Notes: generated from the letters alone by a model not told the origin. Numbered from the whole stretch's first letter, positions 1 to 11,281 are shown. The stretch is 63,137 bases of DNA, filler included, from 3 parts of 3 records of this genome joined end to end with filler, not necessarily neighbours in it; one strand, 5' to 3'. Numbers and translations: made by a program.

Positions 1-96
1 GGACGAAATGCCGTCTCGGGACACCGCTCTCTTCTCGTAACCGCGAGGCAATAAGCCGGGCGGCGCAAAGTCATGCGCGCCAAAAGGAGACGTCAT
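1..96 (-). CDS. 5' fragment of a possible gene running off the window start
   Basis: GGAG RBS then ATG at 96 on the minus strand; frame open to the window edge (MTSPFGAHDFAPP...). Confidence 0.3.
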   Translation of the reverse strand, partial: MTSPFGAHDFAPPGLLPRGYEKRAVSRDGISS

Positions 97-118
97 GTGG
101 CTCCATGGTCCGATCGGA

Positions 119-808
119 TCAGGCCTTGAGCACGATGACCTTGGTATTGACCGGGGTGCGCTCGTAAAGATCCATCATGTCCTGGGTCAACAGGCCGATA
201 CAGCCGCTCGAAATGCCCTTGCCGATCGTTTCGGCCTGTCTGGTGCTATAGAGCGTATAAAGCGTATAGACGCCGTCCTGGTAGAGATAGAGCGTGCGCG
301 CGCCCAGCGGATTGTCGAGGCCGGGGGCCATGCCGCCGGCATATTGGGCGACTTCGGGTTGCCGCTCGATCATTTCCCTGGGCGGGGTCCAGACCGGCCA
401 TTCGGCCTTGCGGCCAATATAGGCGTCCCCACTCCAGAGAAAGCCGGCCCGCCCCACATTGACACCATAGCGCGTGGCGACATTGTCGCCCTCGATACGA
501 TACACATAATAATTGCGTGGATCGACGATGATGGTGCCCGGTGCCTCGGCGCTGTCATAGCGCACGGTCCGTCGCCAATATTTGGGAGCGACCTTGTTGA
601 GGTTGACCGCCTCGATGGGGAAGCGCTCATCGGGCAAGGGGCCATAGACCTGCTCGGCCTCGGCCATGCTCAGGGACTTGATCGTGGTGCAACCGGCCAG
701 CGCCAGCGTGCCCAGCGCGGCGGCAGAGCCGAGCAGAAAGCCCCTGCGGCCCATCGGCGTTGTGCGCGTTACCGGGCTGTTCGCCGTCAGTTCATCGCCT
801 GCTCGCAT
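119..808 (-). CDS. L,D-transpeptidase family (YkuD/ErfK-like) Tat lipoprotein
   Basis: RRGFL twin-arginine motif, LAGC lipobox, PGTIIVD, KAEWPVWTPP, NPLGAR and SSGC motifs; start trimmed to MRAGDEL. Confidence 0.85.
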   Translation of the reverse strand: MRAGDELTANSPVTRTTPMGRRGFLLGSAAALGTLALAGCTTIKSLSMAEAEQVYGPLPDERFPIEAVNLNKVAPKYWRRTVRYDSAEAPGTIIVDPRNYYVYRIEGDNVATRYGVNVGRAGFLWSGDAYIGRKAEWPVWTPPREMIERQPEVAQYAGGMAPGLDNPLGARTLYLYQDGVYTLYTLYSTRQAETIGKGISSGCIGLLTQDMMDLYERTPVNTKVIVLKA

Positions 809-875
809 GACCCTGCTCCCTTGCTTGCCTTGACCGATCTTGAGCCTTGCCGGGCATGGCTGCAAGCAAAGCCTG

Positions 876-910
876 AACAAACAAGGCCCCGACGGGGTCG
901 GGGTCTTGGT
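876..910 (-). terminator. Rho-independent terminator after pyk
   Basis: CAAGGCCCCGAC-GGG-GTCGGGGTCTTG hairpin with a U-rich tail on the minus strand. Confidence 0.6.
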
Positions 911-933
911 TATTGATGCAGGTGAGTAACACC

Positions 934-2373
934 CTAGCTCGAGCCGGCGCCATCCTGGCGGACAAAGGCGATGCGCAGCATATTGGTCGCGCCGGGGGTG
1001 CCCAGGGGCACGCCGGCGGTGATGGCGATGCGGTCGCCGGGGCGGGCAAAGCCCTCTTGGTACGCGATGACGCAGGCGCGATCGACCATGTCTTCCAGGC
1101 TCACCGCATCCTCGGTCTGCACGCAATGAATGCCCCAGACCACCGACAGGCGGCGAATGGTGCGCAGATTGGGCGAGAGCGCGATGATGGGCTTGTTGGG
1201 CCGTTCGCGCGCGGCGCGGATACCGGTCGAGCCCGAGGCGGTGTAGGTGACAATGGCAGCCAGATCGAGCGTTTCGGCAACCTGGCGGGTGGCGGCCGAG
1301 ATGGCGTCGGCGGCGGTGGCCTCCGGCTCGGTCTGGGCGGCGCGAATGATGTTGTTGTAGTTGGCGTCGCTTTCCACGGCCACGGCCACCTTGGCCATGG
1401 TGGTGACGGCTTCGACCGGATACTGCCCCGAGGCGCTTTCGGCCGAGAGCATGACCGCGTCGGCGCCTTCGAATACGGCAATGGACACGTCCGAGACCTC
1501 GGCGCGGGTCGGTACCGGCGCGGTGATCATGGATTCGAGCATCTGGGTGGCGACAATCACCGGCTTGCCGAAGCGGCGGCACATGCGGATCATGCGCTTT
1601 TGCAGGCCCGGCACCTGCTCGAGCGGCAGTTCAACACCCAGATCGCCACGGGCGACCATGATGGCGTCGGAGAGTTTGACGATTTCCTCGAGCCGCTCGA
1701 TGGCCTGCGGCTTTTCGATCTTGGCCATCACGCCGGCACGGCCCTGGACGATCTTGCGCACGTCGATGATGTCTTCGGGGCGCTGCACGAAGCTGAGCGC
1801 AACCCAGTCGACCTCGGCCTTGAGCGCTTCGAGCAGGTCCGCATGGTCCTTCTCGGTCAGCGCGCCGGTGGGCAGCAGCGTGTCGGGCAGGGACACGCCC
1901 TTCTTGTCCGAGAGCTTGCCGCCATAAATGACTTCGGTCTCGATGGCGCCATTGCCGACCTTGGTGGCCTTCAGTTGCAGCTTGCCATCATCGAGCAGCA
2001 GGCGGTCACCCACCGACACGCTCTCGATGATTTCGGGGTGGGGCAGGTAAACGCGCTGGGCATTGCCCTGGTCGTTTTCCTCGCTGTCGAGGGTAAAGCT
2101 CTGCCCGGCGACCAGATTGACCGACCCTTCGGCGAACTTCCACACGCGCAGCTTGGGGCCCTGCAGATCGGCCAGGATGCCGATGGGGTGGTTGAGGCGC
2201 GCTTCGACCGCGCGGATGCGCTTGACGGTCTGGTGCAGCACTTCGTGGCTGGCATGGCTCATATTGATGCGGAAGACGTCGGCCCCGGCCTTGGCCAGTT
2301 CCTCGATCATGGTCTCCTCGTGGCTGGCAGGCCCGAGGGTGGCAAGGATCTTTGCGCGTCTGATCCGTCTCAT
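934..2373 (-). CDS. pyk: pyruvate kinase
   Basis: KILATLGPAS, DLQGPKLR, MVARGDLGVE, ATQMLESM and DAVMLSAESA motifs. Confidence 0.97.
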   Translation of the reverse strand: MRRIRRAKILATLGPASHEETMIEELAKAGADVFRINMSHASHEVLHQTVKRIRAVEARLNHPIGILADLQGPKLRVWKFAEGSVNLVAGQSFTLDSEENDQGNAQRVYLPHPEIIESVSVGDRLLLDDGKLQLKATKVGNGAIETEVIYGGKLSDKKGVSLPDTLLPTGALTEKDHADLLEALKAEVDWVALSFVQRPEDIIDVRKIVQGRAGVMAKIEKPQAIERLEEIVKLSDAIMVARGDLGVELPLEQVPGLQKRMIRMCRRFGKPVIVATQMLESMITAPVPTRAEVSDVSIAVFEGADAVMLSAESASGQYPVEAVTTMAKVAVAVESDANYNNIIRAAQTEPEATAADAISAATRQVAETLDLAAIVTYTASGSTGIRAARERPNKPIIALSPNLRTIRRLSVVWGIHCVQTEDAVSLEDMVDRACVIAYQEGFARPGDRIAITAGVPLGTPGATNMLRIAFVRQDGAGSS

Positions 2374-2915
2374 TGCGTGTCCGTATTGTCTGGCGTTAGG
2401 GGCTCGTCGGGGTCGACAAGGAAGGCCGGGTCTTCAAGATCTTCGCCCAGGTCCGGGCCGACAATGCTTGGCGCGCCGGCGCTCTCGGTGAGCTGTAGCG
2501 TCCAGTCGGTACGGTTCTGTGTATCGATTTCAAAGAACCCGGTGCGCTCATAGCCCCGGGCGAGGCAATCCTCAACCCCGAATATTGTGAAGGTTTCGTC
2601 ACGAGTGCACATGAAGACCTGTCCATCCCAGGATCCGCCGCCGATATCGTCCACTGCGTAGAGGTAGTAGAAACGGCGGGCGAGATCGCCCTGGAAGATT
2701 GTGCGGCAGTCGCCCGGAGGGGCCTGCCACCAGCCTTCGCTCATCCAGCCGCGCTCGGCGCGATAGCCCAGGGCGACCGAAACCAGATTGGCGGTTTCAT
2801 TGCAGATGCGCAGCTCGGCCTGTGCGGGCGTGGCCATGGCCATCAGGCCACCAAGGGTGGCAAGCAACAGGGTCGAGCCAAGACGGATGGGGTTCACCAT
2901 TGCGCTGGAAATCAC
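2370..2915 (-). CDS. DUF1036 family secreted protein
   Basis: Signal peptide, LRICNET...SEGWW...C, FFEIDT; overlaps the pyk start as is typical in alphaproteobacteria. Confidence 0.8.
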   Translation of the reverse strand: MISSAMVNPIRLGSTLLLATLGGLMAMATPAQAELRICNETANLVSVALGYRAERGWMSEGWWQAPPGDCRTIFQGDLARRFYYLYAVDDIGGGSWDGQVFMCTRDETFTIFGVEDCLARGYERTGFFEIDTQNRTDWTLQLTESAGAPSIVGPDLGEDLEDPAFLVDPDEPLTPDNTDTQ

Positions 2916-3258
2916 CGGAAAACGTGCCCTTCTTTGATCTTATGGCAGAGACGAGGTCAATGGCTAATGGGGCGATTTGACGGAAATGCGGGCATGCATG
3001 CCGCACTGGTCATAAAAGCGGCGTGAGCCACCCAACAATCGCCGGCAAGCCCGGGCAGGGTGTGGATTGCCCCATAAAAGGGTTGAACCAATGCGGGGCA
3101 TGAGGTTGATGGGGACCGGACAATTCCGGTTTATCCCCGCATCCGCTTATCCGTGCGAAGATGCCGTGGAGCGCCGGAGTATTTTTTTGTTTTACCGCGC
3201 TTCCGAACCAAAAAGTGGCGACCGCTTTTTGGGGGAAACGCTCCAGAAGAGGTTGGCC

Positions 3259-3522
3259 ATGGCCGTTGAAGATAGCGTCGCGCAGGATCAGTTGCGCGCT
3301 TTCATCGAGCGCATCGAGCGTATGGAAGAAGAAAAGGCGGCGATCGCTGCCGATATCAAGGAAATCTATGCCGAAGCCAAGGGCAATGGCTTCGATACCA
3401 AAATCCTGCGCAAGATCGTCACCATCCGCAAGCAGGATGCCAATGAGCGCATGGAGCAGGAAGCGCTGCTCGAGCTCTATATGTCCGCCCTGGGCATGGT
3501 CGAAGCGCCGCCCGAGCGGTAA
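3259..3522 (+). CDS. gapR: GapR-like nucleoid-associated protein (DUF2312)
   Basis: [39 protein letters not shown] signature. Confidence 0.9.
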   Translation: MAVEDSVAQDQLRAFIERIERMEEEKAAIAADIKEIYAEAKGNGFDTKILRKIVTIRKQDANERMEQEALLELYMSALGMVEAPPER

Positions 3523-3529
3523 TCGGCGA

Positions 3530-3757
3530 TCAGGCGAGTATGTCGAGCAGGGCTTTGGACATGTCGCTGGCCACGCTGACAACCTTTGCCGAGGCCTTGA
3601 AGTCGGCCTCGGCCCCGATGACGTTGACCATTTCGCTCGAGAGGTCGACGTTGTTGCCTTCGGTGCCTGACCGGGCGATGCGCGCGGCGCTCTGTTCGAG
3701 CTGACCACTGGCGCGCTGCATGCCGTAGGCGCCGATTGAAATGCTGGAAATGGTCAT
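3530..3757 (-). CDS. small flagellar basal-body rod C-terminal-domain protein
   Basis: VDLSSEMVNVI...FKASAKVV...LLDILA resembles the Flg_bbr_C domain. Confidence 0.7.
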   Translation of the reverse strand: MTISSISIGAYGMQRASGQLEQSAARIARSGTEGNNVDLSSEMVNVIGAEADFKASAKVVSVASDMSKALLDILA

Positions 3758-3841
3758 GGACCGCCCTCTCGTCTTGGGGGACAGAAAGCCGACAAAACTC
3801 TCAATAATCAGTTAGCCGGACCGGTCCAACTCGCCTCAAGC

Positions 3842-4552
3842 TCAAGCGGCCTGGGCGGCTTCGTCGCCAAGAGCAAAGCGGATCGCGGCGTCGGCATGGA
3901 TGGTGGTCGAGTCAAAGCCGGGCAGGGGCAGGGTGTCCGGATCGATCAGCAGGCCGATCTCGGTGCAGCCGAGGATGACGGAGTCTGCGCCTTCTGCCTT
4001 GGCGCGTCCAATGATGTCGAGATAGGCCAAGCGGGCCGCCTCGTGCACCTGCCCCTGGCAGAGTTCGTTGAAGATGATGTCGTGTATGATTTTGCGGTCT
4101 TCTGCTGCTGGCACCATCACCTCAAGGCCGTGGACCTTCATCCGGTCGGTGTAAAAGCCATGTTCCATGGTGTAGCGGGTGGCGAGCAGCAGCGGGCGCT
4201 TGTGGCGGTGCGCCTGCAAGGTCGAGGCCGTTTCGGTGATGATGTCGATCAGCGGGACCCCCGACATCGCCGCGACCGGTTCGGCCACCAGATGCATGGT
4301 GTTGGTGCAGATCAGCACGCAGTCCGCACCGGCACGCGCCAGGCCCGCCCCGGCCTTTCCCAACAGGGCGCCGGCCATGTCCCAGCGTCCGGCCTGTTGC
4401 AGGGCGACGACTTCGGTAAAATCGAGCGAGCGCATGGCGATGTCGGCTGAGGCCAGGCCGCCGCGCAGGCGCCGCACCTCTTGGTTGAGGTGGCGATAGT
4501 AGACGGCAGTCGATTCCCAGCTCATGCCGCCGATCAGACCGATGGTTTTCAT
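3842..4552 (-). CDS. aspartate/glutamate racemase family protein
   Basis: MKTIGLIGGMSWEST, ICTNTMH and LGCTEI (two catalytic Cys). Confidence 0.93.
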   Translation of the reverse strand: MKTIGLIGGMSWESTAVYYRHLNQEVRRLRGGLASADIAMRSLDFTEVVALQQAGRWDMAGALLGKAGAGLARAGADCVLICTNTMHLVAEPVAAMSGVPLIDIITETASTLQAHRHKRPLLLATRYTMEHGFYTDRMKVHGLEVMVPAAEDRKIIHDIIFNELCQGQVHEAARLAYLDIIGRAKAEGADSVILGCTEIGLLIDPDTLPLPGFDSTTIHADAAIRFALGDEAAQAA

Positions 4553-4698
4553 GTCCGCGTCCTCCAGGTCCCGCAAATGATGCCGCGTTTCCAGAGCATG
4601 CGGCGCGCGGAGTTCGGCCGCCTAGTTAGTGGTGGCGCGTCGAAATTGCGGAAAATATGGAATGTGCGCTACCATTCTGCAGAGATGGAGCAAGTTAT

Positions 4699-5160
4699 AT
4701 GCTGGATGAGCGCGATCGGAAGATATTGAGCTTGTTGCAGGCGGATGCCGAGCAGCCTATCAACGACATCGCGGCGTTAGTGGCCCTGTCGCCTTCGGCT
4801 TGCTCCCGCCGGATCGCCCGGCTCAAGGAGGAAGGATTTATCGCGCGCACCACGGCGGTGCTGGACCGGCGCAAAATGGGTTTGCCGACGACCGTCTTCG
4901 TCATCGTACGCACCGGCTCGCATGCCGCAGATTGGTTGGAAAAGTTTCATTCGGCCGTTTCAGCGGTCCCCGAAATCGTCGAGGTGCACCGGTTGACCGG
5001 CAATTTCGACTATATTCTCAAGATCGTGCTGCCCGATGTGGAACATTATGACGTGGTTTACAGGCAGCTCGTTTCGCGCATCGAGCTTTTCGACATGTCG
5101 GCCTATATCTCAATGGAAACGGTCAAGGCCGCCCAGGGCCTGCCGACGAATTATGCGTGA
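4699..5160 (+). CDS. Lrp/AsnC family transcriptional regulator
   Basis: [16 protein letters not shown] start and [14 protein letters not shown]; divergent from the racemase. Confidence 0.92.
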   Translation: MLDERDRKILSLLQADAEQPINDIAALVALSPSACSRRIARLKEEGFIARTTAVLDRRKMGLPTTVFVIVRTGSHAADWLEKFHSAVSAVPEIVEVHRLTGNFDYILKIVLPDVEHYDVVYRQLVSRIELFDMSAYISMETVKAAQGLPTNYA

Positions 5161-5192
5161 GGCTGAAGGTGTCCGTCGGGTGGATGGGCGCG

Positions 5193-7121
5193 CTAGACCT
5201 TCGCCAGGGCCGCTTTCATGGCTGCCTGATCGTAACCGAGCGTGGTGAGTGCGCTAGCCACGATACCGGCGCGATCAAGGCCTGCGGCGGCATACATGTC
5301 GGCCTGGGACGCGTGCTCGACAAAGGTGTCGGGGATCATCAGCGGACGGAAACGCAGCTTGCCGTCGAGCAAGCCGTTGCTGGCAAGGAAAGTCGCGACA
5401 TGGCTGCCAAAGCCGCCCAGTCCGCCTTCTTCGGTCGAAATCAACACGTCGTGGCTTTGTGCCAGTGATGCGATGAGCTCTTCATCGAGAGGCTTGAGAA
5501 AGCGCGCATCGGCGACAGTGGGGTTGAGCCCGAGTGCGGCCAGCTTGTCGGCGGCGGCGAGCACTTCGCCCAATCGCGTGCCATAGGACAAAAGCGCGAT
5601 CGTGCTGCCCTGGCGCACAATGCGGCCCTTGCCGATCGGCAGGACTTGGCCGCGCTCCGGCATGTCGACGCCCATGCCCTCGCCACGGGGATAGCGGAAG
5701 GTGATCGGGCCGCTGTCATAAGCGGTGGCGGTTGCCACCATATGGCGCAATTCGGCCTCGTCGGCGGCGGCCATGTGCACCATGCCGGGTATGGCCCCGA
5801 GATAGGCATTGTCGTAATTGCCGGCATGGGTCGGGCCGTCGGCGCCGACATAGCCGGCCCGGTCGATGGCAAAGCGCACGGGCAGGCCCTGGATGGCGAC
5901 GTCGTGGATCACCTGGTCATAGGCGCGCTGCAGGAAGGTCGAATAGATGGCGCAGAAGGGCTTCATGCCTTCGCTCGCCATGCCCGCCGCGAAGGTCACA
6001 GCATGCTGTTCGGCGATGCCCACATCGTAGATGCGGCCGGGAAAGATTTCGGCGAATTTGTCCAGGCCCGTGCCCGTGGGCATGGCGGCCGTGACGGCCA
6101 CGACACGCGGATCGTCCTGGGCTTCCTGGATCAGCGAGGAGGCAAACACCGAGGTATAGGACGGCGCATTGGACGGCGCCTTGGCCTGTGCGCCGGTGAT
6201 GACGTTGAACTTGGAGACGCCATGATATTTGTCGGCTGAGTTTTCGGCCGGGGCGTATCCCTTGCCCTTCTTGGTCACGGCATGGATCAGGATCGGACCT
6301 TGGCCAAATTCCTTGACGTTGTCGAGAATGGCCAGCAAGTCCTCAAGATTGTGCCCGTCAATGGGACCGACATAGTAGAAGCCCAGTTCCTCGAACAGCG
6401 TGCCGCCGGTGAAGAAGGAGCGGGCAAATTCCTCCGTACGGCGTGCCGGCTCGTGCAGGAAAGGCGGGAGTTTCGAGACCACGGCCTTCGCCGCCTCGCG
6501 GGTGCCGCGATAGACCGGGCCGGAGACCAGCCGCGCCAGATAGGTCCGCAGTGCCCCGGTGGGCGGGGCAATGGACATGTCATTGTCGTTGAGTATGACG
6601 ATCAGCCGCGCATCCATTGCGCCGGCATTGTTCATCGCCTCATAGGCCATGCCGGCCGACATGGCGCCATCGCCGATGACGGCAATGACATTGCGCGGCT
6701 TTTCGAGATGCTTGCTGGCTTCGGCCATCCCCAGGCCGGCCGAGATCGATGTCGAGGAATGCCCGGCGCCAAATGCATCATATTCGCTTTCGGCGCGGCG
6801 GGTGAAGCCGGAGAGCCCCCCCTTCTGCCGAAGGGTCCGCATGCGGTCGCGGCGGCCTGTCAGGATCTTGTGCGGATAGGCCTGGTGGCCGACATCCCAG
6901 ATGATGCGATCATGCGGGGTGTCAAACACGGCGTGCAGCGCTACGGTCAGCTCGACCACGCCCAGGCCTGCGCCCAGGTGGCCGCCAGTGACCGAGACAG
7001 CGTCGATCATTTCGGCCCGCAATTCGTCGGCAAGCCGGCGCAAGTCCTCGCGCGGCATGTCGCGCAGGTCGGCTGGCGTCCGAACAGTGTCGAGCAGCGG
7101 CGTGTCGGGCTTGTTGGCCAA
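5193..7121 (-). CDS. dxs: 1-deoxy-D-xylulose-5-phosphate synthase
   Basis: [62 protein letters not shown] start at 7121 inferred. Confidence 0.97.
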   Translation of the reverse strand: MANKPDTPLLDTVRTPADLRDMPREDLRRLADELRAEMIDAVSVTGGHLGAGLGVVELTVALHAVFDTPHDRIIWDVGHQAYPHKILTGRRDRMRTLRQKGGLSGFTRRAESEYDAFGAGHSSTSISAGLGMAEASKHLEKPRNVIAVIGDGAMSAGMAYEAMNNAGAMDARLIVILNDNDMSIAPPTGALRTYLARLVSGPVYRGTREAAKAVVSKLPPFLHEPARRTEEFARSFFTGGTLFEELGFYYVGPIDGHNLEDLLAILDNVKEFGQGPILIHAVTKKGKGYAPAENSADKYHGVSKFNVITGAQAKAPSNAPSYTSVFASSLIQEAQDDPRVVAVTAAMPTGTGLDKFAEIFPGRIYDVGIAEQHAVTFAAGMASEGMKPFCAIYSTFLQRAYDQVIHDVAIQGLPVRFAIDRAGYVGADGPTHAGNYDNAYLGAIPGMVHMAAADEAELRHMVATATAYDSGPITFRYPRGEGMGVDMPERGQVLPIGKGRIVRQGSTIALLSYGTRLGEVLAAADKLAALGLNPTVADARFLKPLDEELIASLAQSHDVLISTEEGGLGGFGSHVATFLASNGLLDGKLRFRPLMIPDTFVEHASQADMYAAAGLDRAGIVASALTTLGYDQAAMKAALAKV

Positions 7122-7268
7122 GCGTATCCCCGTCAAATATCTGGTTTGTCCCTGTTTAGGCGCAGGGTCATGCCTTTGCAATGCCAGCCATGGCAATGAG
7201 GCGATGGGTCTCCACTTGTGGGAGAGCATTCAGGCATTTGCGGGGCAGAGAAGCGCGCTCAGACGCGG

Positions 7269-8918
7269 TCAGTTGCTGGCCAGCACCAGGGGTGCAGTGC
7301 GCGTGAAGCGGTCATGGACCGGCGCGGGAGTACTATCACCGACGCCCTTGATCAGGACATGGCGGCCCATTTCCGGGGTCGGGTCGAAATCGGCCTCATC
7401 GTGATCGAAGATCACCGCATAGCGGCCCGAGGACATGGCTGCCGGATCAATAAGGATGTCAGCGACATGTTCAAGGTCGGGGGCCACCAGAGCGGGGCGG
7501 CGCATGGCGTCGGGATCGGGGCGAGCGGCGACATGTTGCACCAGGGCTTCGGCCAGCGGCGAGGGTGCATCGGCATCGGTCGCGCCGAATGTGCCGCCGA
7601 ACAGGTCGGACAGATTGCCGCCGAGCGAGGCGGTCTGGATGGTGGCAGCCGGCCGCAAGGGCGGGAGAATTGGCAAACGATCCCTCGGGGCGGGCGCCGC
7701 GGCCACAGTGCTGGCCGTGGTGTTGCCTTCGATGATCATTTCCAGCGCGCGCTGCGCGTCGGGATCGGCTGCCGGGGTGGCGGCCGCGTAAGCAGAAAGG
7801 ATATCGACCGGCGGGTCGGACATGATCACGCGCGGCGTGGGCATTGTCGGCTCGGTCAGGGCGGCCAGAGCCAAGACGGCGTCATTGTTCCGCAAATCAT
7901 CGGGCATGGCCACCGGCATGGCCACCGCGACCTGCGAGGCAAGATTTATTTCGTCGTCGGTCAGCGGGGCGCTGCCGCTGGTCGAAAAGGGCAGGGCGGT
8001 GTCGGACACTGAGGCTACTGCAAGGTCCGCTCCGTCCAGATCGGCCGGGCGGCGCTCGGGCATGACGGGAGCAACTGGGGTCGTGCGCTGCGGGGCCAGG
8101 GATGCGGCCTGCACCTGTGGCGCAGAAGTTGATGCCTGCTCATTCTCGCCAAACAGCAGGTCCATCAGGGTGCGGCCGCTGCCTTCGGATGCACTTGCGA
8201 CTTGTGTGCCCGAGCTTGTGCCATTGCAGGGATAGGCGTGGCAGCGCTTCCATTCGGCCAGAGCGACATTGTAGCCCTGCTGGGACAGCACCTTGCCATC
8301 GGTAGGCAGGTGCATGGTCTTGCCGTCGGGGAACAGGTCCTTGAGCTGGGCGCGGGTCATGCGCGGCCAGGCGCGCACTGAACCGGTGTCCAGATGCACA
8401 AAGGGGCTGCCCGAGGTGGGATAATAGCCCACGCCACCGACCTGTTTCTTCATGGCGGCGGCGCGCAGCTTGGCGAGCGGCACGCCGGGAATGAAGAAAT
8501 CCATGGCGGTGCCGCGCATGTGCTGGGAATTATCGGCCACACCGGATGATTTTGACGCCAGCATGGCGTTGGTGGCCGGCGAGCGATAGGCCGAAACGAT
8601 GTTGACCGGCTGCGTGCCGCCCACGTCCTGATAGACTTCCCAGATCAGGTCGAACAGGCGCGGATCCATCTTGGTGGGTTCATTACGCCGCCAGTCCCGC
8701 AGGAACTGGTTGAGCTCATTCAGGCCCGATTGGACATATTGCCCATTGCGCTTGAAAACGATGCGGGCGGTTTCCTTGGTGTGGGTATAATGGAGGTAGA
8801 GGGCACGCTCTGTCGCTGCCTGGGCCGGCGCCGCAGGCAGCAAGGCGGAAACGCACAACACTGCAGCGGCAAGACCCCGCGCAGCACTTCGCCAATTGAT
8901 CAACCCCAATACCGTCAC
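7269..8918 (-). CDS. DUF882/YcbK (MepK-like, peptidase M15) protein with a long Ala/Pro-rich C-terminus
   Basis: LRDWR, SAYRSPATN, SQHMRGTAMDF, GGVGYYP and FVHLDTG motifs. Confidence 0.9.
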   Translation of the reverse strand: MTVLGLINWRSAARGLAAAVLCVSALLPAAPAQAATERALYLHYTHTKETARIVFKRNGQYVQSGLNELNQFLRDWRRNEPTKMDPRLFDLIWEVYQDVGGTQPVNIVSAYRSPATNAMLASKSSGVADNSQHMRGTAMDFFIPGVPLAKLRAAAMKKQVGGVGYYPTSGSPFVHLDTGSVRAWPRMTRAQLKDLFPDGKTMHLPTDGKVLSQQGYNVALAEWKRCHAYPCNGTSSGTQVASASEGSGRTLMDLLFGENEQASTSAPQVQAASLAPQRTTPVAPVMPERRPADLDGADLAVASVSDTALPFSTSGSAPLTDDEINLASQVAVAMPVAMPDDLRNNDAVLALAALTEPTMPTPRVIMSDPPVDILSAYAAATPAADPDAQRALEMIIEGNTTASTVAAAPAPRDRLPILPPLRPAATIQTASLGGNLSDLFGGTFGATDADAPSPLAEALVQHVAARPDPDAMRRPALVAPDLEHVADILIDPAAMSSGRYAVIFDHDEADFDPTPEMGRHVLIKGVGDSTPAPVHDRFTRTAPLVLASN

Positions 8919-9117
8919 GCCAAACTCTGCCCGGCTTTTTCGTCAGATGATGGTGAGACGTTAGCGCCCAATTCGCACGAATTGATTAACGCTAACCCGT
9001 TGTGAACTGACCCTAGATCCCCTCACGCTTCTGTTATTAAGGGCAAAAGCTGGCACAACCAAGGCGAAATTGTTACCCGGGCGTTAACCGATGCCGATGT
9101 GATCGGGGCTTTTGCCC

Positions 9118-10815
9118 TCAGGGCGAAAGTTCTTCGGGCACTGTTTCGGCTTCGGCAATAATGGCCGGCGGCTCGACGGCTTCCAGACCCATCGCGGCGA
9201 TCAGCTTTTCGTTGTGGCCATAAAGGTCACCATAGGAGCGAATGGAACCATCCTCGCCGACGCGCAGGGTGAAATAGGCCAGATGCACCGGGATCTGGTT
9301 CTGCGGGTTCACCCAACGCTCGGAGGGGCCAAACATGGATTCGAGCGAAGAGCGCGAGATGTTAGGCTCATTGGCCATCAGCGCGTCGGCAAATTCCATC
9401 GGGTTCTGCACGCGCACACAGCCATGGCTGAAGGCGCGATAGGACCGCGCAAACAACGACTTGGACGGGGTGTCGTGCAGATAGACGTCATGCTTGTTGG
9501 GGAAGAGGAACTTGATCTGCCCAAGGGCATTACCGGCGCCGGGGCGCTGACGCACGCGGAAGGGGAAATTGGACGGCGAAACCTGGGTCCAGTCCACCTG
9601 CCAGGGGCTGACCGGGGCGCCATTGTAGAGCAGGTCCATATTGTGGCTGTCGGTATAGCCCGGATTGCGCAGCACCGCGGGGGCGATTTCGCCGCGAATA
9701 ATGGACGACGGCACGTTCCAATAGGGGTTCACCACCACGTGCCGGATGCTGTCGGAAAACACCGGTGTCTGGTTCTTCGTCGTCCCGACCACCACGCGCG
9801 TCGTATATTCTTCCTGACCATTGCGCAGGATGGAGAGACGGAATTCGGGGATGTTCACGAAGACGGTGAAATCGCCCAGATCAGACGGCATCCAGCGCCA
9901 GCGTTCCATATTGGCAAGAATATCCTCGCGCCGCGTGGCCGCGCCCCCATTGAGGGCGGCGACTGTGGCAGGCCCGATAATGCCGTCGACTTCAAGCCCC
10001 TGACCTTCCTGGAAGGACCGGATCGCGTCAACGGTTAGCTCATCATAGAGCTGGGAGGTCGAGGCGGTCAGCTCGAGCCGGGCACGAATGGCGGGCAGGC
10101 GCGCATCGGAATTGCCCGGGCGGAGCACCGGGCCGTCGCCGATCGGGGTGGGGCGGGCGGCATTGGATTGTTCGAAATTGGCAAGGGCCGCCTTGAGCGC
10201 CTGGAACTCTCGGTGCTGGGGTTCGAGTTGCATCAGGATCGCGGCCGGATCGTTGCTCTGGGCCAGTTGCTCGAGCAGCGCGGCCTCGTTGATCGGCTTG
10301 CGCTTCAGGTCGAGCAGGGTGCTGATCGACTGGGGATCGATGCGGCCATTATGCAGGTGATCGGCATAGCGCATGGTGGCGGCCGAAAATGCGGTTTCGA
10401 GCGTTGCCAGCGCGATGCCGTCGCCCGATAGCTGCGCGGCGTCAATGGCCGGGGTCAGATAGTCAGACGGGTCCAGCCCTTCGCTGGCTGCGTCTTCAAA
10501 CAGGGTGATGATCTTGGTGGCGGCGGGCGAGAAGGCGACGGCGCCATTGGCCTGTTCGGTCAGCCAGATCGGCTCGAAATGGCGCTCTCCATAGAGAAAA
10601 TAGAGCCTTTGGGCGTCCTCATGGGCACGCGTGTCGGGGCGGGCGCCATAATAGGCGGCCGAGAGGCCGGACTTGATGGTGCGGGCCAGGGCGCTTTGCG
10701 GCGGGGCAATGACAATACGGCTGGTTTCAAGGCTGGCGACCTGTTGGGCCGAGACCGACGGAACCACAGCCGTTGCTGCGACCAGGGCGACCAGACTGAC
10801 CAGAACCTTGTTCAT
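9118..10815 (-). CDS. murein L,D-transpeptidase YcbB/LdtD-like, with peptidoglycan-binding domain
   Basis: FQEGQGLEVDGIIG PG-binding motif, NMERWRW, VNIPEF, YLHDTP...FSHGCVRV; GGAG RBS before ATG 10815. Confidence 0.92.
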   Translation of the reverse strand: MNKVLVSLVALVAATAVVPSVSAQQVASLETSRIVIAPPQSALARTIKSGLSAAYYGARPDTRAHEDAQRLYFLYGERHFEPIWLTEQANGAVAFSPAATKIITLFEDAASEGLDPSDYLTPAIDAAQLSGDGIALATLETAFSAATMRYADHLHNGRIDPQSISTLLDLKRKPINEAALLEQLAQSNDPAAILMQLEPQHREFQALKAALANFEQSNAARPTPIGDGPVLRPGNSDARLPAIRARLELTASTSQLYDELTVDAIRSFQEGQGLEVDGIIGPATVAALNGGAATRREDILANMERWRWMPSDLGDFTVFVNIPEFRLSILRNGQEEYTTRVVVGTTKNQTPVFSDSIRHVVVNPYWNVPSSIIRGEIAPAVLRNPGYTDSHNMDLLYNGAPVSPWQVDWTQVSPSNFPFRVRQRPGAGNALGQIKFLFPNKHDVYLHDTPSKSLFARSYRAFSHGCVRVQNPMEFADALMANEPNISRSSLESMFGPSERWVNPQNQIPVHLAYFTLRVGEDGSIRSYGDLYGHNEKLIAAMGLEAVEPPAIIAEAETVPEELSP

Positions 10816-11281
10816 GCGTGCTCCCGACAACAATCAACCACAACCGGCACGAATCTCAACGCGCCCCGGCGTGCCAGAAAAAACAAATAGCCTGCAATTC
10901 TTAACAGGAGCAATTGCTCGCAGATTCGTGAAACAGCGCTGTGGCCGGACTGCAACGGTGTACGCCTCCAGAAAGCCGCACATTATTTTCCATTGGTCGT
11001 GTCAAGTTAGTCGCTTGTAATGGCCCGTGCATTTGGTCAGTCGTAGGCTTGAAGAGCGCGCAAGAGAGGCAAATGCGTATCAAGGTGCTCAGACGTGAGG
11101 CGAGCAGACCAAGGATGGCTATCAGGTCGATGGATTCCTCAGAGGCGTATGAGGATGATGCTTTAGGGTGGTGGATTGCAGACCGTTCGCTTTTCGCGAC
11201 TTTGTTTGTCAAATGCTGCCGCTGTCAAAGCAATGTAGCAATCAAACTTTAGCCGTTCACTACAACGATCTAGAGCACAAA

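Noticed and set aside
809-1582. N-terminal extension of the 487-aa ORF
   Set aside because: Overlaps pyk out of frame and crosses its terminator; the real gene starts near 808
913-2553. 546-aa plus-strand ORF
   Set aside because: Antisense shadow of pyk; such ORFs are common in GC-rich DNA and it has no motifs
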